Notes: generated by a model not told the origin, from the letters alone. A stretch of 64,000 nt of DNA from Candidatus Latescibacterota bacterium (GCA_965221775.1 CBDCSU010000004.1:192001-256000), one strand, 5' to 3'. Numbered from the stretch's first letter, positions 20,349 through 29,476 are shown. A program made the numbers and translations.

Positions 20349-21584
20349 GTGGAACGCCTCGTCAGCCTCCTCGGCCTGCTGGTGATGGTCGCCCTGACCT
20401 TCGCCTTGAGCGCCGACCGCCGCCGCGTCGACCTGCGCCTGGTGGCGGCCGGGGTGGGGTTGCAGTTCGTCCTGGCCCTGCTCGTGCTCAAGACGGGGCC
20501 GGGACAGGTCCTCTTCGCCCACGCCGGCGCCTTCTTCACCGGCCTTCTGGGCTACGTCGACTTCGGCTCCCGCTTCGTCTTCGGCGACGCCTTCGAGGAC
20601 CACTTCTTCGCCTTCAAGGTCCTGCCCACGATCATCTTTTTCTCCGCCCTCATGAGCGTCCTCTACCACCTCGGCGTGATGCCGCCGGTGGTGGCGGGCT
20701 TCGCCTGGGTCATGCGCCGCAGCCTGCGCACCTCCGGTGCCGAGAGCCTGGCGGCGGCGGCCAACATCTTCGTGGGCCAGACCGAGGCGCCGCTGGTGGT
20801 GCGCCCCTACGTGGCCGCCATGACCCGCTCCGAGCTGACGGCTCTCATGGTGGGCGGCTTCGCCACCATCGCCGGCGCCGTGCTGGCCGCCTTCGTGGGC
20901 CTGGGGATCGACGCCGCGCACCTGCTGGCGGCGTCGGTGATCTCGGCCCCGGCGGCGCTCATGGCCGCCAAGGTGATGGAGCCGGAGGTGGAGACGCCGG
21001 AGACCCTGGGGCGGGCGGCGGTCCGGGTGGAGGGCACCGCCGACAACGTGGTGGAGGCGGCGGCCAACGGCACCCTGGACGGCCTGCGGCTGGCCCTCAA
21101 CGTGGCGGCCATGCTCATCGCCGCCCTGGGGCTGATCGCCCTCCTCGACGGCGCCCTGGGCTGGGCGGGCCGGGGCGCGGGCTGGGTCCTCGGCCTGGAG
21201 GGGATGGAGTGGTCCCTGTCGGCGGCCCTGGGCTACCTCTTCGCCCCCTTCGCCTGGCTCATGGGCATCGAGGCCGCCGACTGCCTGCGCGCCGGCGAGC
21301 TGCTGGGCAAGAAGATGGTGGCCAACGAGTTCGTCTCCTACGTACAGTTGAGCCAGTGGATGCAGCCCGGCTCGGGAGTGGAGCTGAGCCAGCGCTCGGT
21401 GGTCATCCTGACCTACGCCCTGTGCGGCTTCGCCAACTTCAGCAGCATCGGCATCCAGATCGGCGGCATCGGCGGCATCGCCCCGGAGCGAAGGGGCGAC
21501 CTGGCGCGCCTCGGATTCCGCGCCATGCTCGGCGGCACCCTGGCCTGCTTCATGACCGCCTGCGTGGCGGGCATCCTGCTGTAG
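20349..21584 (+). CDS. nupC: NupC/CNT family nucleoside transporter
   Basis: FFAFKVLPTIIFFS, AANIFVGQTEAPL, GGFATIAG, NEFVSY, YALCGFANFSSIGI. Confidence 0.93.
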   Translation: MERLVSLLGLLVMVALTFALSADRRRVDLRLVAAGVGLQFVLALLVLKTGPGQVLFAHAGAFFTGLLGYVDFGSRFVFGDAFEDHFFAFKVLPTIIFFSALMSVLYHLGVMPPVVAGFAWVMRRSLRTSGAESLAAAANIFVGQTEAPLVVRPYVAAMTRSELTALMVGGFATIAGAVLAAFVGLGIDAAHLLAASVISAPAALMAAKVMEPEVETPETLGRAAVRVEGTADNVVEAAANGTLDGLRLALNVAAMLIAALGLIALLDGALGWAGRGAGWVLGLEGMEWSLSAALGYLFAPFAWLMGIEAADCLRAGELLGKKMVANEFVSYVQLSQWMQPGSGVELSQRSVVILTYALCGFANFSSIGIQIGGIGGIAPERRGDLARLGFRAMLGGTLACFMTACVAGILL

Positions 21585-21595
21585 GAGGGACTGTC

Positions 21596-22276
21596 ATGGA
21601 TCGACCACCAGACCCCGCGGCCCGAACCGCGGGCTGGCTGCTCCTGATCACCGCCGCCGCCAGCGTCCTGGCGGTCATCGGCCGGGTCGGGGCCACCGAG
21701 CTGGCGCCGCTGCACCAGTCGCTGGCCGCCATCAGCGACAGGCGCGGGCTCTACGGGACCGGCGGCGCGGCGCGGTTGCTCTCCGGGTGCGCGCTGTATG
21801 CGGCGGCATGGTCCTTGTTGCGGACCTGGATCATGCGCCGCGGACTCGGCTCACGGCCGGTACCCGTGCTGCTGGCGACTTCCGGAGCGGCCACCGCCAT
21901 CTCCGGCGCATCGGCCGTCGCCCTGGCAGCCACCGCGCCGCAGCCCGACTTCCTGGGCTACCTGGACTGGTCGCATCCCGCGATCATGTTGATGCACATC
22001 ACCTGGGTCACCGGCAAGGCCGGGTTCAGCCTGGCCGGTCTGGCGCTGCTGGCGGCGGCGCACCGGCAGTGGCGCGCCGGGGGCTTCCTGCAACCGATCG
22101 CCCCGGTCTCGGCGATCATCGGCGCCGGCATGCAGCTGATCTGGGTCGAGGCCGCGGTGGCGGCCCACTACCTCGCCGGGCCCGCCTTCGTGCTGTGGCT
22201 GGCGGCCATCGGCGTGCTGCTGGTGACCGGCCGCGTGGAACAGCGGTTCACCGTCCTGGCCGAGGAGGAGTCCTGA
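21596..22276 (+). CDS. Hypothetical integral membrane protein
   Basis: About six hydrophobic segments; AGGAGG SD before the ATG at 21596. Confidence 0.7.
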   Translation: MDRPPDPAARTAGWLLLITAAASVLAVIGRVGATELAPLHQSLAAISDRRGLYGTGGAARLLSGCALYAAAWSLLRTWIMRRGLGSRPVPVLLATSGAATAISGASAVALAATAPQPDFLGYLDWSHPAIMLMHITWVTGKAGFSLAGLALLAAAHRQWRAGGFLQPIAPVSAIIGAGMQLIWVEAAVAAHYLAGPAFVLWLAAIGVLLVTGRVEQRFTVLAEEES

Positions 22277-22280
22277 GAAA

Positions 22281-23582
22281 ATGGAGACCTCGATGACCAC
22301 TGATCGCCGCACCTTTCTGGGCCATCTCTTCGCCGCCGGCTATGGGCTGGGAAGCGTCTCGCTCCTGCGCGCCCAGGATCCGGGCCCGCCCGGAGGGGAG
22401 GTTCGCAAGAAGATCGCCTTCCTCGGCACGGAGGTGCGTACCCACTCCCACGCCCAGCACTTTCTCGACCGCCTGGCCATGGGTTACGGGTGGGGCGGGC
22501 ACTGGGAGGGTCCGCGCCTCGAGATCGCCTCGGTCTACATCGACCAGTTTCCGGAGGGAGACCTGGGGCGGCAGCGGGTCGAGAAGTACGGGCTGAAGCT
22601 CTACCCCGGCATCGAGGAAGCCCTCACCCTCGGTACCGGCCAGCTCGCCGTCGACGGGGTGGTGATCATCGCCGAACACGGAAAGTACCCCAACAACGAG
22701 AAGGGCCAGAGACTCTACCCGCGCTACGAGTGGTTCAAGAAGTGCGTGAAGGTCTTCGAGCAGTCCGGCCGGTCGGTTCCGGTCTTCAACGACAAGCACC
22801 TCTCCACCGACTGGGAGGAGTGCGTCGAGATGGTGGCGGACTCGAAGCGCCTCGGGTTTCCATTCTTCGCGGGCTCCTCCCTTCCGGTCACGCGCCGCAT
22901 GCCCTCGATCGACATGCCCCACGGGACTCCTCTCGAGGAGAGCGTCTGCGTGGCCTACGGCGGCGTCGACAGCTACGACATCCACGCCCTGGAGACGGCG
23001 CAGTGCATGTCGGAACGGCGCCAGGGCGGCGAAGTCGGCATCGAGCGCGTGCTGGCCCTCCGCGATCAGGCCATGTGGGATTACGTCTTTCGCAGCGACC
23101 GGGCCGGCACCCGCCGCCTGATCGAGTCCGCGTTGACTCGCAGCCACAATCTCCCCGTGAGCGGCGGCTACTACACCGACCGCATCACCTGCGAGTGGGC
23201 CCGCGAGCAGTTCGGCCGAGCCATCGGCTACTTCATCGACCACCGCGATGGTTTCCGCACCTCCATGTTCCTGGTCGGCATCCAGGACTTCAACTATGCC
23301 GGGCTTCGCGCCGACGATGGTGAAATCGTCTCGACCCAGATGTACCTTCCCATGCCCGGCCACGGCTCCTCCACGGCCGACTTCTTTCACCCCTTGGTGC
23401 GGCACATCGAGGAGACCGTCCTTACCGGCCGGGTCCCGTACCCCGCCGAACGCACCCTCCTCACCTCCGGCATGGTCATCGCCGGAGTGGAGAGTCTGCA
23501 CCGGGGCGGCGTGCCGGTCGACACCCCGGAGATGGCGGTGCGCTACACGGTGGGCCCGGAGTCGACCTACTGGCGGGACTGA
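22281..23582 (+). CDS. Tat-exported hypothetical oxidoreductase-like protein (Gfo/Idh/MocA-like Rossmann N-terminus)
   Basis: Twin-arginine motif TDRRTFLG; motifs VDGVVIIAEHG, VFNDKHLS, AGSSLP, YDIHALE. Confidence 0.7.
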   Translation: METSMTTDRRTFLGHLFAAGYGLGSVSLLRAQDPGPPGGEVRKKIAFLGTEVRTHSHAQHFLDRLAMGYGWGGHWEGPRLEIASVYIDQFPEGDLGRQRVEKYGLKLYPGIEEALTLGTGQLAVDGVVIIAEHGKYPNNEKGQRLYPRYEWFKKCVKVFEQSGRSVPVFNDKHLSTDWEECVEMVADSKRLGFPFFAGSSLPVTRRMPSIDMPHGTPLEESVCVAYGGVDSYDIHALETAQCMSERRQGGEVGIERVLALRDQAMWDYVFRSDRAGTRRLIESALTRSHNLPVSGGYYTDRITCEWAREQFGRAIGYFIDHRDGFRTSMFLVGIQDFNYAGLRADDGEIVSTQMYLPMPGHGSSTADFFHPLVRHIEETVLTGRVPYPAERTLLTSGMVIAGVESLHRGGVPVDTPEMAVRYTVGPESTYWRD

Positions 23583-23588
23583 GGGATC

Positions 23589-23678
23589 TTGAGAAGAACC
23601 TTGTCCAGCATCTTGAAGAGCATAGCCAGGCATCACGAAATGAGCGTCGAGGAACTACTGGAAGTGGTGGGAGCATAG
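23589..23678 (+). pseudogene. 3' fragment of a HicA-like (type II TA) toxin gene
   Basis: Translates LRRTLSSILKSIARHHEMSVEELLEVVGA*, resembling the HicA C-terminal helices. The N-terminal catalytic His region is absent. Confidence 0.5.
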
Positions 23679-23681
23679 CCG

Positions 23682-24479
23682 TTGAAGTGTCCAAGGGGGC
23701 CTTGCCGTCCCGCGCCTCGCGTGAAGGCGTTCTGCGTCGGCCAGGCGAAATCGGGCACTGCCTCGATCGCCGGGCTCCTGTCCGCCAACTACCGCGTGGC
23801 CCATGAACCCGAGCGGGCGGCAACGCTCGACCTGATCCTCCGGCACGCGCACGGTGAACTCTCGGACACGGCCGTCGGGGAGCACCTTCGGGTGCGGGAT
23901 GCCCGGCTCGACCTGGAATACGACGTGGCATGGGCAAACCAGTTCCTCATCCGGCACTTGGTGGACGTCTTTCCCGCGGTGGGATTCATCGTGCTGATTC
24001 GAGACTGCTACACGTGGCTGCAGTCGCTCACGAGCCATCTCGCCGTCCGCGACGTGCCTTCTGACGTGACCGAGTTCCTGAAGTGGTGGTTCAAGCCGGA
24101 CAGGTATCCGCACGGCCCCGCCGACCGCGTCCTCGAGGAGCGTGGCCTGTTCTCGGTGTCGGCCTACCTGCATGCGTGGAACCGGCATGTCGAGTCCTGC
24201 CTCAAGTCGATTCCGCCGGAACGGCGGTTGGTGCTGCGGACCAACGAACTCGGTGCCTCCCATCAACGTCTGGCCGGCTTTCTGCGAATCCCCGTCAACT
24301 CTCTCGACATGGCCCGGGGTCACCGCAACCGCGGTGCCTCGGCGGAACCACTTGCATCTCTCGTGGCCCCCGGGTACATCGACGAGATGGTCCACTCGAT
24401 CTGCGGGTCCAACATGGCGCGCTACTTCCCCTCGATTGGAGACAGGCTGCCCCGACCATGGATGGAAGCGCCGCACTGA
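23682..24479 (+). CDS. Sulfotransferase family protein (P-loop, PAPS-binding)
   Basis: 5'-PSB-like VGQAKSGTAS and 3'-PB-like LIRDCYTWLQS motifs. Alternative GTG start at 23721. Confidence 0.8.
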   Translation: MKCPRGPCRPAPRVKAFCVGQAKSGTASIAGLLSANYRVAHEPERAATLDLILRHAHGELSDTAVGEHLRVRDARLDLEYDVAWANQFLIRHLVDVFPAVGFIVLIRDCYTWLQSLTSHLAVRDVPSDVTEFLKWWFKPDRYPHGPADRVLEERGLFSVSAYLHAWNRHVESCLKSIPPERRLVLRTNELGASHQRLAGFLRIPVNSLDMARGHRNRGASAEPLASLVAPGYIDEMVHSICGSNMARYFPSIGDRLPRPWMEAPH

Positions 24480-26938
24480 CCGCTCAGGTCCGCGCCCGGG
24501 TGGATGGGGACGGGCAACTCGAGGTCGAGGCCGGGCTGTTGGTCCTCGGGGCTCTCGAGGGGGACGCGGCCCTGGACCGGGCCCTGTCGGAGGAGGCCGG
24601 CCCTGCGGAAGCACGACCGGATGCCGAGGCGGATGTGACCCAGGCTCCGGCGAAACGTGCGTACCTCGACAAGATCTCGGTCCAGGGGTTTCGCGGTATC
24701 GGCGCCGTTTGTGACTTGCAGGTCCCCCCCGGCCCCGGCCTCACGCTGGTGGTGGGGCGCAACGGCAGCGGCAAGTCGAGCTTCGCCGAAGCCCTGGAGC
24801 TGTTGCTGACGGGCAAGAACCAACGCTGGGAGGGCCGCTCGGCGGTGTGGAAGGAAGGGTGGCGCAACCTGCACTGGTCCGGGCCGGCGGAGATCGCGGC
24901 CACCTTCGCGGTCGAAGGGCGAGGACAGCCGCTCACCGCAAGACGCGCATGGGTGCAGGGTGAGGGTCTGGACGCCGGGACCGACGAGGTAGATGGGGTC
25001 CAGGGGGACAACTTCCGTGCGTCACTTGGTTGGCACGAGGAGATCGTGACGTATCGCCCCTTTCTGCCGTACAACGAATTGGGGTCGATCCCCGACTACC
25101 GGCCCACCGAGCTGTACGACATGATGTCGGCGGCCCTGGGTCTCGAGGCTTTGGTGGAGGCTCGCCAGCGGCTACGCCAGCAGAGGCTTGACCGCGGCAA
25201 GCAGGTTCGAGCCGCGGAGGACGCACGGAAAGAGTGGTTCTCCCAAGTCGAGGAGCTCGACGATGAGCGGGCGCGGACCTGCGCGCAGGCAGCCAGGAAA
25301 CCCAAGGCCACCACTTGGGATCTCGACGCCGTGGCGCGGGTTCTGGAGGGAGCGCTCGAACCGGAAGGCGAGGGCGTGATCGCCCGGCTGCGCCAGCTCG
25401 CCACCCTCGCGGTGCCGGGCGTGGAAGAGGTGACGATAGCGGCTGAAGAGTTGCGGGCCGCAACAGAGGCGGTCAGGGACGCCGAACAGACCGATGCCGG
25501 CCGCGCCCGGCAGACCGCCGATCTGCTCGACCACGCACTGGCAGTGCACGCCGCACATGGAGATCAACCATGCCCGGTCTGTGGCTCCGGGGAATTGACT
25601 GCCGAGTGGCGGTCTCGTGTGGAGGCGGAAGTGCAGCGCTTGCGGACGGAGGCGGCCACGGCGAACCAGGCACATGCGATGCTTGCCAGGGCCCGCCAGG
25701 CCGCCCAGGCCTTGTTGGCCGAGCCGCCGGAGATTCTGGGTCGTGCTGCGGACACAGCCGGTCTCGACGCGACTGCTCTGCAGGAGGCATGGGGACGTTG
25801 GAGTGGTTTACGGGACGCAGCGGATGACAGCCTGATCGAGCACCTGGAAGAGGAGTACCTCAATCTCGCCGCCGTCCTGGACTCCTTTCGGGAGCAGGCC
25901 GCCGCCGAGTTGGGGCGCATGGAGGAAGCCTGGCGTCCTCTCGTCGATACCCTGCGCTCGTGGCTGCCAACCGCACGCGACGCGGTACACGCTTCCCGGT
26001 TGGTCCCGCATCTGAGCAGCGCGGAGAAGTGGCTCAACTCGGAGACCGACCTGATCCGGGCCGAACGGTTCGGTCCCATTGCGCAGCGGGCCTCGGAGGT
26101 GTGGGAGACCCTGAGACAGAACAGCAGCGTGACGCTGGATCACCTCAAGCTCGAGGGCTCGGCGACCCAGCGTCATCTCGTTCTCGACGTCAGCGTCGAC
26201 GGAACCGACGGCCAGGCCCTCGGGGTGATGAGTCAGGGCGAGATTCACGCCCTGGCCCTCAGTCTGTTCCTGCCGCGGGTGCTGCTGCCCGAGTCTCCCT
26301 TCGGGTTCGTCGTCATCGACGATCCGGTGCAGGCCATGGACCCGGGGAAAGTCGACGGTCTGGCGCGCGTGCTCGCTATGGTGGCGCAAGAGCGGCAGGT
26401 CGTCGTCTTCACCCATGACGAGCGACTGCCCGAATCGGTTCGCCGGCTGCAGATCCCGGCGCAGGTGGTCGAAGTCACGCGGCAATCCGGCTCGCAGGTG
26501 GCGTGCCGGACCATCGGCGACCCGGTTGCCCAGTACCTGGCCGATGCCCGCGCGCTGCAGCACACCGAAGACCTTCCGGCCGAAGCCGCGGCGCGGGCCC
26601 TGCCCCAGTTCTGCCGCCTCGCCATCGAAGCGGCGTGCACGGAGGTCGTCCGCCGCCGGCGCATCGGGCGCGGCGAGCCCCACTCCGACACGGACAAGGC
26701 GCTGAACGACGCCCGCACGCTGACGCAGAAACTCGCCCTCGCCCTGTTCGACGACGTCGGGCGCGGGGGGGAGGTGCTGGCCCGGCTCAACCGGTCCGAC
26801 TCCAGATGGGCCGATGCCGTCCAGTGGGCGAACCGTGGGGCCCACGGAGCCGCCGGGGCTACTCCGGACCTCTCGTCGATGGTCGGCTCCACCGGACGCC
26901 TGGCAGGATGGCTCGTCAAGCTCGATGGCAGCCCATGA
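24458..26938 (+). CDS. Rad50/SbcC-like ABC ATPase with zinc hook and C-terminal HEPN-like domain (RloC-like architecture)
   Basis: ISVQGFRGI, Walker A GRNGSGKS, coiled coils with central CPVC, signature MSQGE, Walker B VVIDDP, switch FTHD. The C-terminal extension carries CRLAIE and NRGAH. Confidence 0.85.
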   Translation: MDGSAALTAQVRARVDGDGQLEVEAGLLVLGALEGDAALDRALSEEAGPAEARPDAEADVTQAPAKRAYLDKISVQGFRGIGAVCDLQVPPGPGLTLVVGRNGSGKSSFAEALELLLTGKNQRWEGRSAVWKEGWRNLHWSGPAEIAATFAVEGRGQPLTARRAWVQGEGLDAGTDEVDGVQGDNFRASLGWHEEIVTYRPFLPYNELGSIPDYRPTELYDMMSAALGLEALVEARQRLRQQRLDRGKQVRAAEDARKEWFSQVEELDDERARTCAQAARKPKATTWDLDAVARVLEGALEPEGEGVIARLRQLATLAVPGVEEVTIAAEELRAATEAVRDAEQTDAGRARQTADLLDHALAVHAAHGDQPCPVCGSGELTAEWRSRVEAEVQRLRTEAATANQAHAMLARARQAAQALLAEPPEILGRAADTAGLDATALQEAWGRWSGLRDAADDSLIEHLEEEYLNLAAVLDSFREQAAAELGRMEEAWRPLVDTLRSWLPTARDAVHASRLVPHLSSAEKWLNSETDLIRAERFGPIAQRASEVWETLRQNSSVTLDHLKLEGSATQRHLVLDVSVDGTDGQALGVMSQGEIHALALSLFLPRVLLPESPFGFVVIDDPVQAMDPGKVDGLARVLAMVAQERQVVVFTHDERLPESVRRLQIPAQVVEVTRQSGSQVACRTIGDPVAQYLADARALQHTEDLPAEAAARALPQFCRLAIEAACTEVVRRRRIGRGEPHSDTDKALNDARTLTQKLALALFDDVGRGGEVLARLNRSDSRWADAVQWANRGAHGAAGATPDLSSMVGSTGRLAGWLVKLDGSP

Positions 26939-27312
26939 GTCCCGCCGAGATCATCGACGAGGCGGATTCGCTGGTAGGCCCCGATCCTAGCGGCCGCGTC
27001 CACGGCTGGCCGAGAATTGCGGCCGTGCTCTGCCGGCATGCGATCGAGGAGGCCCTTCGGCAATACTGGTCCCTGCGCGAGCCCGGCCTGGAGCGCTGCA
27101 GCGGGCGCGCGCAGCTACTGTGTCTTACCGTCTACCTGAGGGACCGCGACCTCGGCCGAGAGACCTTGGCGGCGTGGTCCGATCTGAGCCGTGCCTGTCA
27201 TCACCACGCATACGAGCTCGCTCCGACGGCGGAGGAGCTGCGGAACCTGCTGGACGTGGCGCGGCGGTTCACGCGCGAGGTCTCACGCCAGATCGCAACC
27301 CACCGGGGGTGA
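26935..27312 (+). CDS. Small (125 aa) HEPN-like protein
   Basis: ATGA overlap with the ATPase stop; sequence RIAAVLCRHAIEEAL...LSRACHHHAYEL. It lies inside ORF-track entry 26503..27312. Confidence 0.72.
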   Translation: MSPAEIIDEADSLVGPDPSGRVHGWPRIAAVLCRHAIEEALRQYWSLREPGLERCSGRAQLLCLTVYLRDRDLGRETLAAWSDLSRACHHHAYELAPTAEELRNLLDVARRFTREVSRQIATHRG

Positions 27313-27319
27313 TCGTCCC

Positions 27320-29191
27320 ATGCCCCGCCGCCCAGCCGTGATCCGAAGACTCCTCCTGCTGATCACCGCCGCCTCCGCGGCCCCCCTGGCCGCCGCCGTC
27401 GACCTGGCCGCCCTCGACGGCTGGCGGATCGTCGTCGCCCCCGGCGCCATCGCCTCCGAGGAGTACGCCGCCCGGGAGTTACAGAACCACCTCGCCCTCG
27501 CCGGCGGCCCCGAGCTTCAGATCCTCTCCGCGCCTGAAGGTCCGGGCGGCCACATATACGTCGGCCCTGACGCCGCCACGCAGAGCCCCGTCGGCTTCGA
27601 CCCCGCCGACTACGGCCCCGAGGACCTGCGTATCGTCGTGCAACCCGGCGCCATCGTCGTGGCCGGCGGCCGGCCGCGGGGGACCCTCTACGGGGTCTAC
27701 ACCTTCCTCGAGGACTACCTCGGCGTGCGCTTCGTCACCGCCGACCACACCCACGTCCCACCCTTGGGTGAGAAGAGGCCCATCGGTCCCGTGGACCGGG
27801 TCTACCGGCCGCCGCTGGAGTGGCGCTGGGCCGACTTCGAGACCAACTACGCCCGCCCCGACTTCGCCGCCCGGCGGCGGCTGAACGCGGGAAGGGTGGA
27901 AGCCCTGCCCCCGGGCAGCACCGACTGGAGCCTGGTGGGCCGCTACGGCGGCCGCTCGCCCGTGCATCTCGTGGAGCACTCCTTCAACGCCCTGCTGCCG
28001 CCGTCCGAGTACGCCGACGACCACCCGGAGTACTACTGCCTCTACGAGGGCGAGCGCTGGGCCCACCGGCGCTACGAGGACGGCCGCTTCCACGAGGACC
28101 TGCAGCCGTGCATGACCCACCCCGAGGTCCTGCGCCTGATCACCCGCGCCGCCCTCGGATTCCTGGAAGCGCGTCCCCGCCAGATGGACGTCAGCGTCGG
28201 CCAGAACGACGGCAGCGTCTGGTGCCAGTGCCCGTCGTGCCGGGCGATCAACGAGCGCGAGGGCACGCCCATGGGCTCGCTGCTGACCCTGGTGAACGCC
28301 GTCGCCGACGAGGCCGCCGCCGCCCATCCGGGGCGGCTGGTCTCGACCCTGGCCTACGCCTACAGCGCCCCGCCGCCGCGTTCGCTGAAGCCGCGCGACA
28401 ACGTCCTGATCATGTGGTGCAGCATCGACGCCTGCTTCATCCACGCTTTCGACGACCCGGACTGCCCGGACAACGCCGCCCAGTACGCCCAGTTGAAGGC
28501 CTGGTCCCGGATCGCGCCGAACCTGCACGTGTGGGACTACTACATGAACCACGACCGCCGCGGGTTCCAGCTGCCCCTGCCCAACCTGCGGTGGATCGAC
28601 CGCAACGTGCGCGCCGAGGTCGACCTCGGTGTCCGGGGCCTTTTCACCCAGGCCTTCAGCAGCTCCCACGGCAACGAGTTCGAGGGCCTGAGGAACTACC
28701 TGCTGAGCCGGCTCATGTGGGACCCCTCCCTCGACGGCCGGGCCCTCATGGTCGAGTGGCTGGACCTCCACTACGGCCCGGCGGCGCCGCCGATCCTGGG
28801 CTGGATCGACCGCCTCCACGACCGCGCCATGGCCAGCGGCCTGCACCGCCACAGCCTCGGGGGCCGCTACGACGAGTACGGCCTCGACGAGTCCGATGTC
28901 GCCGCCGGCCTGGAAGCAGTTGAGGAGGCGATGAGCCTGGCCGACAGCGACGCCGTGCGCCGCCGCGTCGGGCAGGCCTCCGTCTGGGCCTGGCGGGCCG
29001 CCCTGGAGCCGGTGTGGTACGCCACGGGGGAGGTCGATCTGGATCCGCGGCAGGCGGAGGAGCTGCGCGCCCGGGCGAAACGGTTCTTCGAGCTGTGCCG
29101 CGAGCACGACGTGCGGCGCACCGCCTCCGGCAGCTGGTTCGCCATCGACAAGGCCGAGGCGCGCGTGCGCGCCGCCATCGGCGACTGGTAG
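27320..29191 (+). CDS. DUF4838 domain protein with GH20/GH67-like N-terminal domain
   Basis: Signal peptide, RGTLYGVYTFLEDYLGVRF, HPEYY, QPCMTHPEV, CQCPSC, TLAY, YLLSRLMWDP. Confidence 0.85.
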   Translation: MPRRPAVIRRLLLLITAASAAPLAAAVDLAALDGWRIVVAPGAIASEEYAARELQNHLALAGGPELQILSAPEGPGGHIYVGPDAATQSPVGFDPADYGPEDLRIVVQPGAIVVAGGRPRGTLYGVYTFLEDYLGVRFVTADHTHVPPLGEKRPIGPVDRVYRPPLEWRWADFETNYARPDFAARRRLNAGRVEALPPGSTDWSLVGRYGGRSPVHLVEHSFNALLPPSEYADDHPEYYCLYEGERWAHRRYEDGRFHEDLQPCMTHPEVLRLITRAALGFLEARPRQMDVSVGQNDGSVWCQCPSCRAINEREGTPMGSLLTLVNAVADEAAAAHPGRLVSTLAYAYSAPPPRSLKPRDNVLIMWCSIDACFIHAFDDPDCPDNAAQYAQLKAWSRIAPNLHVWDYYMNHDRRGFQLPLPNLRWIDRNVRAEVDLGVRGLFTQAFSSSHGNEFEGLRNYLLSRLMWDPSLDGRALMVEWLDLHYGPAAPPILGWIDRLHDRAMASGLHRHSLGGRYDEYGLDESDVAAGLEAVEEAMSLADSDAVRRRVGQASVWAWRAALEPVWYATGEVDLDPRQAEELRARAKRFFELCREHDVRRTASGSWFAIDKAEARVRAAIGDW

Positions 29192-29206
29192 GGGGAGGAG
29201 GGAAGA

Positions 29207-29476
29207 GTGGCGGTGGTCTTCATCCCCCGGCGGCTGCGGCCGCTGAGCGGAGGGCGCGGGCAGGTCCGCGTGGAGGGCGCCACGGTGCGCCAGGTGATCG
29301 AAGCCCTGGAGGCCGAGTGCCCGGGGATCAAGGCGAGGCTCTACGACGCCGAAGGGGACGCCCTGGCCCGCGGCATGGCGGTCACCGTGGACGGCGTCAC
29401 CGGGGAGCTGGGCCTGCTGGAGAAGGTGGGACCGGAGAGCGAGGTCCACTTCCTGCCCGCCATCGCCGGCGGCTGA
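29207..29476 (+). CDS. MoaD/ThiS family ubiquitin-like sulfur carrier
   Basis: 89 aa beta-grasp-like sequence ending FLPAIAGG; strong SD. Confidence 0.9.
   Translation: MAVVFIPRRLRPLSGGRGQVRVEGATVRQVIEALEAECPGIKARLYDAEGDALARGMAVTVDGVTGELGLLEKVGPESEVHFLPAIAGG

Noticed and set aside
9846-20539. Very long antisense ORFs (9846..13052, 17261..20539 and others)
   Set aside because: Shadow frames expected from high GC3 codon bias; no recognisable motifs.
24458-26938. Calling the ATPase a housekeeping SbcC, RecN or Smc
   Set aside because: There is no adjacent sbcD and no hinge domain, and it has an extra C-terminal domain and a HEPN-like partner.
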